From: Allorhizocola sp.
GTDB taxonomy: Bacteria > Actinomycetota > Actinomycetes > Mycobacteriales > Micromonosporaceae
Reading direction: 5' to 3'
Length of the DNA: 23,565 bases
NCBI GenBank assembly: GCA_044869915.1
Contig: JBIOYB010000457.1
Location: forward strand, 1-23,565
The position numbers and the translations under genes were made by a program. Positions 1 to 7,444 of the stretch are shown piece after piece. The notes beneath the pieces are model-generated. The model did not search any database. It saw only the letters and a list, made by a program, of their open reading frames with translations, and was not told the origin of the DNA. Position 1 is the first letter of the stretch; the number at the start of each line of letters is the position of its first letter.

Positions 1-138
1 ACCTCCGCTGTCTGGTGGAATATAGGCCAGCAGCCGTACACCACGTTCGCCAACATCGAGGCCGGCACGATCGGCTGCGGTGACCCTGTGCCATCGGGAT
101 CGCTGCGGGAGAGGGCCCGGATGCAGCTGGGCTGCTGA
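1..138 (+). CDS. 3' end of an unidentified gene entering from the left edge (partial; frame 1, TGA at 136-138)
   Basis: Frame 1 translates as ...TSAVWWNIGQQPYTTFANIEAGTIGCGDPVPSGSLRERARMQLGC* with mixed, protein-like composition. It is open to the window edge and no start is visible. Confidence 0.3.
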   Translation, partial: TSAVWWNIGQQPYTTFANIEAGTIGCGDPVPSGSLRERARMQLGC

Positions 139-167
139 CTCGTTGATCTTGTGCGGGTGGTGCCGTA

Positions 168-536
168 TCAGGCGGGCGGGTTGAGCTGCAGGACGGCTCC
201 GACGTTGTCCTCGGTGTCGGTGAAGTAGGCGACGTAGCCCACGCCGATGGCCTGCTTCGGGCGCAGGATCTTGCCGCCATGGGCCTCGATCCGGGCCAGG
301 GCGGCGTCGATGTCGTCGACCCGCACGCTCACGCCGGGCGCCTGCCACGGCTCGCCGCGCGGCACGAGCCCGCCGTTGATCCCGCCCGCCCGGCCGTCCT
401 CGGCCGTGTTGATGACGGTGTAGCCAAACTCGTCGAAGTGGACGATCCGCCAGTCGAAGACGCTCTCGTAGAAGGCTTTGGCCCGGGCCGCGTCGTCGGC
501 TGGGATCTCGAAGTGCACCACGGGGTTGTCGGCCAT
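168..536 (-). CDS. VOC (glyoxalase/bleomycin-resistance/dioxygenase) family protein, 122 aa
   Basis: ORF 168..686(-). The N-terminal 50 codons are Ser/Arg-rich junk. The internal ATG at 536 gives MADNPVVHFEIPADDAARAKAFYESVFDW..., typical of small VOC proteins. Confidence 0.75.
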   Translation of the reverse strand: MADNPVVHFEIPADDAARAKAFYESVFDWRIVHFDEFGYTVINTAEDGRAGGINGGLVPRGEPWQAPGVSVRVDDIDAALARIEAHGGKILRPKQAIGVGYVAYFTDTEDNVGAVLQLNPPA

Positions 537-706
537 GCGGCCATGGTCCCGATCGCTACTCGAGCCCGCCTCGAGGGATGGGAAAAATTTACCTATCGAA
601 GTCGCGCCCTGAAAACTATCGACATCGACCGCCGGCTCATTGTAGTGTGCGCTCGAGTGAGCCGCTCCTCGCAGAAGACGATCCATGTCAACAAGAGGTG
701 CGTGAG

Positions 707-2128
707 ATGACTTTAAATATGGGTGGCGTCAGGCGGTTGTTCCTGGTGTTGGCGTGTTTGCTGGTGGTGGTGCCCGCCTCGCCGGCCAGAGCCGCCACGT
801 TCGGCAATCCGCTCAATGGCAGCGCCGACCCCACTTTGACCCACTTCAACGGCAACTACTACCTGTCGACCACGCTCGGTGACCGCATCGGGATCTGGCG
901 CTCGCCCACGCTGGCCGGATTGGCGAGCGCGCCGGAGCACACGGTCTGGCGCGACCCCGACAACAGCCGCAACAAGCAGGTGTGGGCGCCCGCCCTGTAC
1001 CGGTTCGACAACCGTTGGTATGTCTACTACACGGCGAGCGACGGCGTCGACGCCAACCACCGCCTGTATGTCATCGAGTCCGACGGTGACGACCCGCTCG
1101 GGCCCTACCATTTCAAGGCGCGCATCGCCGATCACGGGCAATACGCCATCGACGGCGAGCCGTTCGTCCACAACGGACGGATGTATTTCGCGTGGAGCGG
1201 GCCGGGGCGCGGCATGGGCGGCCCCGCGCAGATCTACCTGCAGGCGATGAACACGCCGTGGTCGGTGACGGGCGCGCGGGTGGCGCTGCCCGCCAGCGGC
1301 GGCTGCACGGAGGTCCGCGAGGGCGCGGTCGGCCTGCGCGGCAACGGGCGGCTGTTCCTCGTGTACTCCACATGCGACACCGGCAAGCCCGACTATCAAC
1401 TGTGGATGAGGTCCATTGCGGACGGTGCCGACCCACTCGTCACCGGCAACTGGGTGCAGCACGCGGGGCCGGTGTTTTGGCGCAACGACGCCGCGGGCGT
1501 GTTCGGCCCTGGGCACAACGGCTTCTTCAAGTCTCCGGACGGCACGGAGGATTGGATCGTTTACCACGGCAAGACGACGTCCGCCTACACCTATGCCGGG
1601 CGCACGACTCGGGCGCAGAAAATCTCGTGGAACGGCGACGGGACACCCAACTTCGGCCGCCCCTACGGCCTGGGCACGGAGCTGACCCCGCCGTCGGGTG
1701 ATCCGGCCAACCCGCCGAGCTGGCAGTCCGTGGTGGACAACACGACGGCCGACCGGTTCACGGCGAGCGCCAATTGGGGCACGTCGACCTATTCGGCGCA
1801 GCGCTATGGTGCCGATTACCGGTTTGCCGATCCGTTGGCCGCAAGCGATCCGGCATGGTATCGGTTTGCCGTCCCGGAGACCGGTGTCTATCGGGTCGAC
1901 GCATGGTGGCCGTCTCTATCCGGATACAACGACCGCACGCCCTACATCATCGTCACCGCGACGGGCAACCAGACCGTCTACGTCGACCAGCGCGTCAACG
2001 GCGGCGGATGGCGCACCCTGGGCACGTTCACGCTGACCGCGGGCGACGAAAACAAGGTCGGCGTCAGCCGCTGGACCAGCGGCGTGGGCTACGTCATCGC
2101 CGACGCCGTCCGGATCACCCGCGCCTGA
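707..2128 (+). CDS. Secreted glycoside hydrolase family 43 (arabinanase/xylosidase-type five-bladed propeller) with a C-terminal golvesin/Xly-like carbohydrate-binding-type domain
   Basis: An AAGAGGTG SD lies 7 nt before ATG 707. Signal peptide is MTLNMGGVRRLFLVLACLLVVVPASPARA. The N-terminus reads FGNPL..ADPT..NGNYYL, as in GH43. The C-terminal ~130 aa read YRVDAWWP...TVYVDQRVNGGGWRTLGTFTLTAG...GYVIADAVRI, resembling golvesin-type CBM-like domains. Confidence 0.8.
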   Translation: MTLNMGGVRRLFLVLACLLVVVPASPARAATFGNPLNGSADPTLTHFNGNYYLSTTLGDRIGIWRSPTLAGLASAPEHTVWRDPDNSRNKQVWAPALYRFDNRWYVYYTASDGVDANHRLYVIESDGDDPLGPYHFKARIADHGQYAIDGEPFVHNGRMYFAWSGPGRGMGGPAQIYLQAMNTPWSVTGARVALPASGGCTEVREGAVGLRGNGRLFLVYSTCDTGKPDYQLWMRSIADGADPLVTGNWVQHAGPVFWRNDAAGVFGPGHNGFFKSPDGTEDWIVYHGKTTSAYTYAGRTTRAQKISWNGDGTPNFGRPYGLGTELTPPSGDPANPPSWQSVVDNTTADRFTASANWGTSTYSAQRYGADYRFADPLAASDPAWYRFAVPETGVYRVDAWWPSLSGYNDRTPYIIVTATGNQTVYVDQRVNGGGWRTLGTFTLTAGDENKVGVSRWTSGVGYVIADAVRITRA

Positions 2129-2140
2129 GAAGCACCCATG

Positions 2141-2177
2141 CCATGGGGCGGGCCAACCGATTCGGCCCGCCCCATGG
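2141..2177. terminator. Bidirectional intrinsic terminator hairpin between convergent GH43 and ADH genes
   Basis: Perfect 14-bp inverted repeat CCATGGGGCGGGCC-aaccgattc-GGCCCGCCCCATGG in the 60-bp gap between stop codons. Confidence 0.55.
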
Positions 2178-2188
2178 CTGCGTCATCG

Positions 2189-3229
2189 TCAGTCGCCGAA
2201 GGTGACGACCACCTTCTCGGCCGCGCCGGGTGTCTGCGCGAGCTGGAAGGCCCGGTCGACATCGGTGAAGGGCACGCGGTGGCTGATGAGGCGGGCGAAG
2301 CGGTGCCAATGGTCGGCCAGTTGCGGGGTCACCTCGAAGATCTCCGTGGGGTAGCCCTGCGAACCGAGGATGGTCATCTCGCTGCGGAGGATCGCGCCGA
2401 GCTCAATCGGCTCGGGCTTCTTGTGCACGGCCACCGTGACGAGTTTGGCGCCCCACTTGCCCGACGTGAGCGCGGTGTTGACGACCGCGGCCACACCCGC
2501 GGCATCGATGTAGATGTCGGTATCGGGCCGGGGCTGGCCGAGCGAGTTGACCCCGCTGCCGTGCAGCTCGGTCAGGCGCGCGGCAATGTCCTCGCGAGTA
2601 AGGCTCGACGAGTCGATGACCGCGTCGGCGCCGACCGCCAGGGCCGTCTCGAGCCGCTCGGGGATGACGTCGGCCACGGCCACATGCGCGACGCCGCGCA
2701 GCTTGAGCCAGATGGTGGCGCCCAACCCGATCGGGCCCGCGCCAAACACGAGCACCTTGCTGCCGGGCCCGGCCTCCGAGCGGTTGACGCAGTGCAGCGC
2801 GACGGCCATCGGCTCGTTGAGCGCCGCGACGTCGTAGGGCACGCTGTCGGGGATCACCGCAAGACTCTTGCCCACCACGGCTTTTTCGATGATGAGGTAT
2901 TCCCGCATCGCGCCCAGATCTCCGCCGCAGCCGATGATCCCGGTCGGGGCCGCCTGCGGGTTGACCACCACCCGGTCGCCCACCTTGAGCCCGGTGACGC
3001 TGGCGCCGACCTCGACGATCTCGCCCGCCGGCTCATGCCCCAGGGCCACCGGCCGGGTCTGGCCGTCGGCACCCGTCGGCATGCCTCCCATATGCAGGAA
3101 GGTCACATCCGTGCCGCATATGCCGCAGGCGCGGACCCGCAGCAGCACATCGTCGGGTCCGGGGACCGGGCGCTCCAGCTCGATCACGTCGATGGCGCCC
3201 TGAGCGCCGGTCTGTACTGACCTCATCAT
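2189..3229 (-). CDS. Zn-dependent medium-chain alcohol dehydrogenase (MDR family), 346 aa
   Basis: ATG ATG at 3229 is preceded by an AAGGTGA SD. MMRSVQTGAQGAIDVIELERPVPGPDDVLLRVRACGICGTDV...GHEPAGEIVEVG carries the GroES-like Zn motifs, and VFGAGPIGLG is the Rossmann motif. The upstream 36 codons of the ORF track are a TTG-initiated extension. Confidence 0.85.
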   Translation of the reverse strand: MMRSVQTGAQGAIDVIELERPVPGPDDVLLRVRACGICGTDVTFLHMGGMPTGADGQTRPVALGHEPAGEIVEVGASVTGLKVGDRVVVNPQAAPTGIIGCGGDLGAMREYLIIEKAVVGKSLAVIPDSVPYDVAALNEPMAVALHCVNRSEAGPGSKVLVFGAGPIGLGATIWLKLRGVAHVAVADVIPERLETALAVGADAVIDSSSLTREDIAARLTELHGSGVNSLGQPRPDTDIYIDAAGVAAVVNTALTSGKWGAKLVTVAVHKKPEPIELGAILRSEMTILGSQGYPTEIFEVTPQLADHWHRFARLISHRVPFTDVDRAFQLAQTPGAAEKVVVTFGD

Positions 3230-3251
3230 TGTCACCTTCAATCTGTTGGGT

Positions 3252-3881
3252 TTACTGAGCGGATCGTCGCGGCGGGCGCAGCCCGAGCGTGCGCCGGCTG
3301 GCCTCGACCAGATACTCGCGCAGGCTCTCGTCATCAAGGCCGGTCAGCCCTTGGTGGGGCGGCAGGTCGGCGAAGCCGGCCAACTGCGCCCCGGCGATGC
3401 CGTTGAGCGACCCCGTGGCTCCGGCGATGCCGGCCAGCACCATGGATGCCTTGACCAGACCGGCCGGGCCGGGGTCGATGGCGGCCAGCAGCCGGATCTG
3501 GCGGCCGATCAGGTCGGCGAGGTCGGGCCGCGTGTTCAGGGTCTCGATCACGCTGGGGTCGGTGGCCAGGATGGCGATCAGGGCTCGGTTTTGCACGGCC
3601 AGCGTGGCGAAGCCGATGAGCATGTGGTCCGCGCGGGCGTTGGTGGTGCGCTGTGCCTCGGCCGTCTCGACGATGGCGCGCAGCTGCCCGACCAACGGCT
3701 CGATCACCGCGCCGAGTAGCGCCTCGCGCGTGCGGAAGTGGTGGTAAACGGCGGCCTTGGTGACGCCGAGCTCGTCCGCGATCATCTGCAGCGACGTGCC
3801 CGCGAAGCTGTGCCGGATGAACAGCCGGATCGCGACGTCGATGAAGCGCTGCCGGGTGTCGCTGGAGGCTCCTGCCGTCAT
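3252..3881 (-). CDS. TetR/AcrR family transcriptional regulator
   Basis: The N-terminal HTH reads RQRFIDVAIRLFIRHSFAGTSLQMIADELGVTKAAVYHHFRTREALL. A GGAGGAGGAGAGGAG SD precedes the ATG. It is divergent to an MMPL transporter. Confidence 0.85.
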   Translation of the reverse strand: MTAGASSDTRQRFIDVAIRLFIRHSFAGTSLQMIADELGVTKAAVYHHFRTREALLGAVIEPLVGQLRAIVETAEAQRTTNARADHMLIGFATLAVQNRALIAILATDPSVIETLNTRPDLADLIGRQIRLLAAIDPGPAGLVKASMVLAGIAGATGSLNGIAGAQLAGFADLPPHQGLTGLDDESLREYLVEASRRTLGLRPPRRSAQ

Positions 3882-3924
3882 CTGACGCTCCTCTCCTCCT
3901 CCACTTTCGTGACCTTGAGACTAG

Positions 3925-3940
3925 CTTGCCGATCGGCAAG
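3925..3940. promoter_or_regulatory. Perfect 16-bp palindrome CTTGCCGATCGGCAAG, candidate TetR operator (site 1)
   Basis: It lies in the 181-bp divergent tetR/MMPL intergenic region and shares the GCCGATCGGC core with two further copies. Confidence 0.5.
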
Positions 3941-3945
3941 GCGCC

Positions 3946-3958
3946 AGCTAGCCGATCG
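3946..3958. promoter_or_regulatory. Operator-like half-palindrome AGCTAGCCGATCG (site 2)
   Basis: Matches the reverse complement of site 3 (GCTAGCCGATCGGCAAG) over 12 bp. Confidence 0.35.
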
Positions 3959-3993
3959 TAAAGTGATCCACCTTACGAACGGCTAGTCGTCTA

Positions 3994-4010
3994 CTTGCCG
4001 ATCGGCTAGC
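3994..4010. promoter_or_regulatory. Operator-like palindrome CTTGCCGATCGGCTAGC (site 3)
   Basis: Third copy of the GCCGATCGGC core, about 55 bp upstream of the MMPL start. Confidence 0.45.
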
Positions 4011-4062
4011 GTGCGAGACGTCGGTTCGGTACCCGGTACCGCCAATGAAGAGGAGAAATTCG

Positions 4063-6243
4063 ATGGCTTCGTTTCTGTACCGGCTGGGCCGGTTCGCGTT
4101 TCGCCGGCGATGGCTGGTCGCCTCGCTCTGGTTAGTTGTGCTCGCCGGTGCGTTGACCGGCGCGGCGACGCTGTCCGGATCGACGTCCGACTCGTTCCGC
4201 ATCCCGGGCACCGCGTCCCAGGAGACCATCGATCTGCTCCAGCAGCGATTCCCGCAGGCCTCCGCCGGCGGCGCCACGGCGCGGGTCGTGTTCGCCGCGC
4301 CCGACGGCCAGCAGCTCACCAGCGCCGGCAACCGCCAGGCCATCGCGGGGGTCGTCGCGCAGCTGAGGCAGGCGCCGCAGGTCGCCTCCGTGACCGACCC
4401 CTTCCAGGTGGGCGCGGTCAACCCGGCCGGCACGGTCGGCTTCGCGCAGGCGACCTACCAGGTGCCCTCGGTCGAGCTGACCGACCAGGCGCGGGAAACG
4501 CTGACCGCGATTGTCGAGGACGCCCGCGCGAGCGGCCTGACCGTCGAGGTCGGCGGCGACGCGTTCCAGAGCCCGCCCGAGCAGGGCGCGACCGAGGTCA
4601 TCGGGGTGCTCGTCGCGGCCCTGGTCCTCGTCATCACGTTCGGCTCGCTGATCGCGGCGGGACTGCCGCTGCTGACCGCGATCGTCGGCATCGTCATCGG
4701 CATGGGCGCGATCACCGCCGCCACTGGGTTTGTCGACATCTCCTCAACAACGCCAACCCTTGCGCTGATGCTCGGTTTGGCCGTCGCCATCGACTACGCG
4801 CTCTTCATTGTTTCGCGGTACCGGCACGAGCTGGCCGCGGGCCGCGACCCCGATGAGGCGGCGGGCCGGGCGATCGGCACCGCGGGCTCGGCGGTCGTGT
4901 TCGCCGGCCTCACCGTCGTGATCGCGCTGGCCGCGCTGGCCGTGGCCGGCATACCGTTCCTGACCCAGATGGGCCTTGCCGCCGCAGGCACGGTCGCGAT
5001 CGCCGTGCTGATCGCGCTCACGCTGCTGCCGGCCCTGCTGGGCATCGCCGGCCGGCGCATCCTCGGCAGCCAGGGCCGCCACGCGCGCGACCCGGAGGCC
5101 TACGGCAGCAACCGTTTCGGTGCCCGCTGGGCCGCCGCGATCGCCCGCCGCCCGGTGATCGCACTGCTGATCGCCGTCATCGGGCTCGGCACGGTCGCGA
5201 TCCCCGCGCTGGACCTGCGCCTGGGCATGCCCGACGACAGCACGGCCGCGCCGGACACCACCGAACGCAAGGCCTACGACCTCGTGACCGCCGGCTTCGG
5301 GCCGGGCTTCAACGCGCCGCTGACCGTGGTCGTGGACACGGCCGCCGGGTCCGCCCAGTCCACGGCAACCCAAGTGGCGCAGACGATCCGGGGTCTGGAC
5401 GGCGTCGCCGCGGTCACCCCGCCCGTCGTCAACCAGGCCGGTGACACCGCCCTGCTGACCGTCATCCCGGCCGAAGGGCCCAGCAGCGCGGCCACCGAAA
5501 ACCTGGTGCACGCGATCCGCGCCCAAGACGTCAAGGTGACCGGCCTGACCGCGATCAACATCGACATCTCGGAGAAGCTCGGCGACGCGCTGCTGCCCTA
5601 TCTCGCGGTCGTCGTGGGCCTGGCGTTCGTGTTGCTCATGCTCGTGTTCCGGTCGTTGCTCGTGCCGATCAAGGCGACCCTGGGCTTCCTGCTCAGCATC
5701 GCGGCTACGTTCGGCGCCGTGGTGGCCGTCTTCCAGTGGGGCTGGCTCGCCGACGTGTTCGGCGTGCGGCAGACCGGGCCGATCCTCAGCCTCCTGCCGA
5801 TCCTCTTGGTGGGCATCGTGTTCGGGCTCGCCATGGACTATCAGGTCTTCCTGGTGACCCGCATGCGCGAGGACTACGTGCACGGCGCACCGGCGCGCGA
5901 GGCGGTCGTGAGCGGGTTTGGCCACGGGGCAAGGGTCGTCACCGCGGCCGCGATCATCATGATCAGCGTGTTTGCCGGCTTCATCCTGTCACCCGAATCG
6001 ATCGTCAAGTCGATCGGCTTCGCGCTCGGCGTCGCCGTGCTCTTCGACGCCATCGTCGTGCGCATGACGATCGTGCCCGCGGTCATGACGCTGCTGGGCA
6101 GGTCGGCATGGTGGCTGCCGCGCTGGCTCGACCGGCTACTGCCCAATGTGGACGTCGAGGGGGACAGCCTACGCAAGCTCCTCGACGAAGACGACGACGC
6201 GCCCGCCCCAGAGCCGAGGGTGCTCGCGCACGCAGGGGTCTAA
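4063..6243 (+). CDS. MMPL family (RND superfamily) membrane transporter, 726 aa
   Basis: A GAAGAGGAG SD lies 6 nt before ATG 4063. MASFLYRLGRFAFRRRWLVASLWLVVLAGALTG is followed by two TM bundles, each followed by a periplasmic domain, with the conserved AIDY..F..SRYRHE and GLAMDYQVFL motifs. It is paired with a divergent TetR. Confidence 0.9.
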   Translation: MASFLYRLGRFAFRRRWLVASLWLVVLAGALTGAATLSGSTSDSFRIPGTASQETIDLLQQRFPQASAGGATARVVFAAPDGQQLTSAGNRQAIAGVVAQLRQAPQVASVTDPFQVGAVNPAGTVGFAQATYQVPSVELTDQARETLTAIVEDARASGLTVEVGGDAFQSPPEQGATEVIGVLVAALVLVITFGSLIAAGLPLLTAIVGIVIGMGAITAATGFVDISSTTPTLALMLGLAVAIDYALFIVSRYRHELAAGRDPDEAAGRAIGTAGSAVVFAGLTVVIALAALAVAGIPFLTQMGLAAAGTVAIAVLIALTLLPALLGIAGRRILGSQGRHARDPEAYGSNRFGARWAAAIARRPVIALLIAVIGLGTVAIPALDLRLGMPDDSTAAPDTTERKAYDLVTAGFGPGFNAPLTVVVDTAAGSAQSTATQVAQTIRGLDGVAAVTPPVVNQAGDTALLTVIPAEGPSSAATENLVHAIRAQDVKVTGLTAINIDISEKLGDALLPYLAVVVGLAFVLLMLVFRSLLVPIKATLGFLLSIAATFGAVVAVFQWGWLADVFGVRQTGPILSLLPILLVGIVFGLAMDYQVFLVTRMREDYVHGAPAREAVVSGFGHGARVVTAAAIIMISVFAGFILSPESIVKSIGFALGVAVLFDAIVVRMTIVPAVMTLLGRSAWWLPRWLDRLLPNVDVEGDSLRKLLDEDDDAPAPEPRVLAHAGV

Positions 6244-6884
6244 ACCGCAGTGGTGACAACGCATCGCGTCCCGCTGTAGATGGTGGGCATGCACCTGTTG
6301 CAGTGAATGCACAGCCCGTCGGCGCTGCTTGCGCGCATCCGGTTGACCAGATCCGGCTCGCGCAGCAGCGCCCGCGCCATGGCCACGAACTGGAAACCCT
6401 CGGCCATCGCCAGATCCAGCGTGGCACGCTTGTTGATCCCGCCGAGCAGCATCAGCGGCATCGCCAGCGCCGCCCGGAACCGCCGAGCAAGGGGCAGGAG
6501 AAAGGCTTCCTCATATGGGTACTCGCGAAGGAACCCCCGGCCGAACAGGCGCATCCCCCAGCGGCCGTTGGCCACCGGGCCGGCGTGGCCGATCTGGGCC
6601 GCGATCGCCGCACCGGCCTCGTGGACGGCGCCGGTCAGCCGTTGCAGGCCCGGCAGCGCCTCCTCGCGCAGGTGGATCTGCTCCCGGTGCGTGCGCCCCT
6701 CCGGGCTCACCGCCAGATAGGCCACAGTGGACATTCCCACGCCGCCCTCGGCCACAGCCCGGTGAAACGCGATCAGGCGTGGGGAGACAAGCCCATCCGG
6801 TGTCGCCCCCTCGAACGTGGCCGCCTTGACCACCCTGTTGCGCAGCGTCACCGGGCCGAGCCGGGCCGAGGAGAACACCTTCAT
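6240..6884 (-). CDS. OYE/FadH-family NADH:flavin oxidoreductase-like protein, unusually short (214 aa), possibly an internally deleted relic
   Basis: The N-terminus MKVFSSARLGPVTLRNRVVKAATFEGATPDGLVSPRLIAFHRAVAEGGVGMSTVAYLAVSPEGR and ...AVHEAGAAIAAQIGHAGP match the OYE TIM-barrel start. The C-terminus LMLLGGI...FVAMARALLREPDLVNR and CIHCNRC resemble the FadH-type end plus its Cys motif. The ~120-aa catalytic middle is absent. The start lies 5 nt after the upstream stop. Confidence 0.5.
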   Translation of the reverse strand: MKVFSSARLGPVTLRNRVVKAATFEGATPDGLVSPRLIAFHRAVAEGGVGMSTVAYLAVSPEGRTHREQIHLREEALPGLQRLTGAVHEAGAAIAAQIGHAGPVANGRWGMRLFGRGFLREYPYEEAFLLPLARRFRAALAMPLMLLGGINKRATLDLAMAEGFQFVAMARALLREPDLVNRMRASSADGLCIHCNRCMPTIYSGTRCVVTTAV

Positions 6885-6889
6885 ATTTT

Positions 6890-7375
6890 TTATGGTACGG
6901 CCGCGGCCAGCAGCGCATACTCGATGAGATCCTGCGCGACCGAAGGCTGGCCCGCCGCGTGATGGACGCCGACCGTGAGCCGTGCGCCCGGCGCAAGCAG
7001 ACCTCTCAGGTCGAGCGGTTCGCTGGCGAACGCCCCCGAGCGGCCGGTCGTCGTGGACTCCCGATGCCACTCGGCCGCCGAGGCCGAATCGGTGTACACC
7101 ATCTCCAGCCCGGTGCGCGGCGTGTCCACGCCGACGTGGCGCAGATAGTGAAATCTGCCGCCCAGATCGACCGTCAGCGTGCGACCGGCGAGCCGGGAGT
7201 CGACAAACCGCCCGCTGGGCCTGCCCTGACGATCGACCAGCTCCGCCCGCACCCACGTGGAAGGCGTGAGATCGCAGGCGGCGGTGGTCACGGCCGTCGC
7301 GGGCGAGGCCATCCCCAACCCGGCGACCAAGGCGCCCAACAACATTCCCATCAGACCAAGGGTCGGTGTCCTCAT
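6890..7375 (-). CDS. Secreted hypothetical protein (161 aa) with N-terminal signal peptide
   Basis: MRTPTLGLMGMLLGALVAGLGMASPATA signal-like N-terminus, then a non-repetitive sequence. It sits between the GT39 and OYE-like genes on the same strand. Confidence 0.55.
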   Translation of the reverse strand: MRTPTLGLMGMLLGALVAGLGMASPATAVTTAACDLTPSTWVRAELVDRQGRPSGRFVDSRLAGRTLTVDLGGRFHYLRHVGVDTPRTGLEMVYTDSASAAEWHRESTTTGRSGAFASEPLDLRGLLAPGARLTVGVHHAAGQPSVAQDLIEYALLAAAVP

Positions 7376-7444
7376 CCCACAGAGTGTCCGCCGGCATCCG
7401 CGCCTTCAATAGATTAGCGCGGATGCCCCAGCCCACGCGACGCG

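Noticed and set aside
279-1567. ORFs 279..710(+), 329..544(-), 713..1567(-), 879..1250(+), 1113..1436(-), 1192..1701(+)
   Set aside because: They overlap the VOC and GH43 genes in other frames or strands, and their R/A/G/P-rich composition is typical of out-of-frame translation of high-GC coding DNA.
2138-3220. 360-aa ORF 2138..3220(+) and the smaller ORFs 2514.., 2868.. and 2854..
   Set aside because: Antisense or alternate frames of the Zn-ADH gene. Low-complexity Arg/Gly/Asp-rich translations with no family resemblance.
3246-3939. ORFs 3246..3719(+), 3289..3747(+), 3334..3939(-)
   Set aside because: They overlap the TetR gene. The TetR frame has a clear HTH and SD, while the others are low-complexity.
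4011-6962. ORFs 4011..4856(+), 4744..5925(-) 393 aa, 5736..6962(+) 408 aa, and the smaller ones inside the MMPL gene
   Set aside because: They are alternate frames or antisense of the MMPL transporter and the OYE-like gene. The translations are dominated by R, G, D, H and P.
6240-7436. Full 398-aa ORF 6240..7436(-) as a single gene
   Set aside because: The upstream 184 codons are Arg/Gly-rich and overlap the well-formed secreted-protein ORF 6890..7375 in another frame. The real gene starts at the ATG at 6884.
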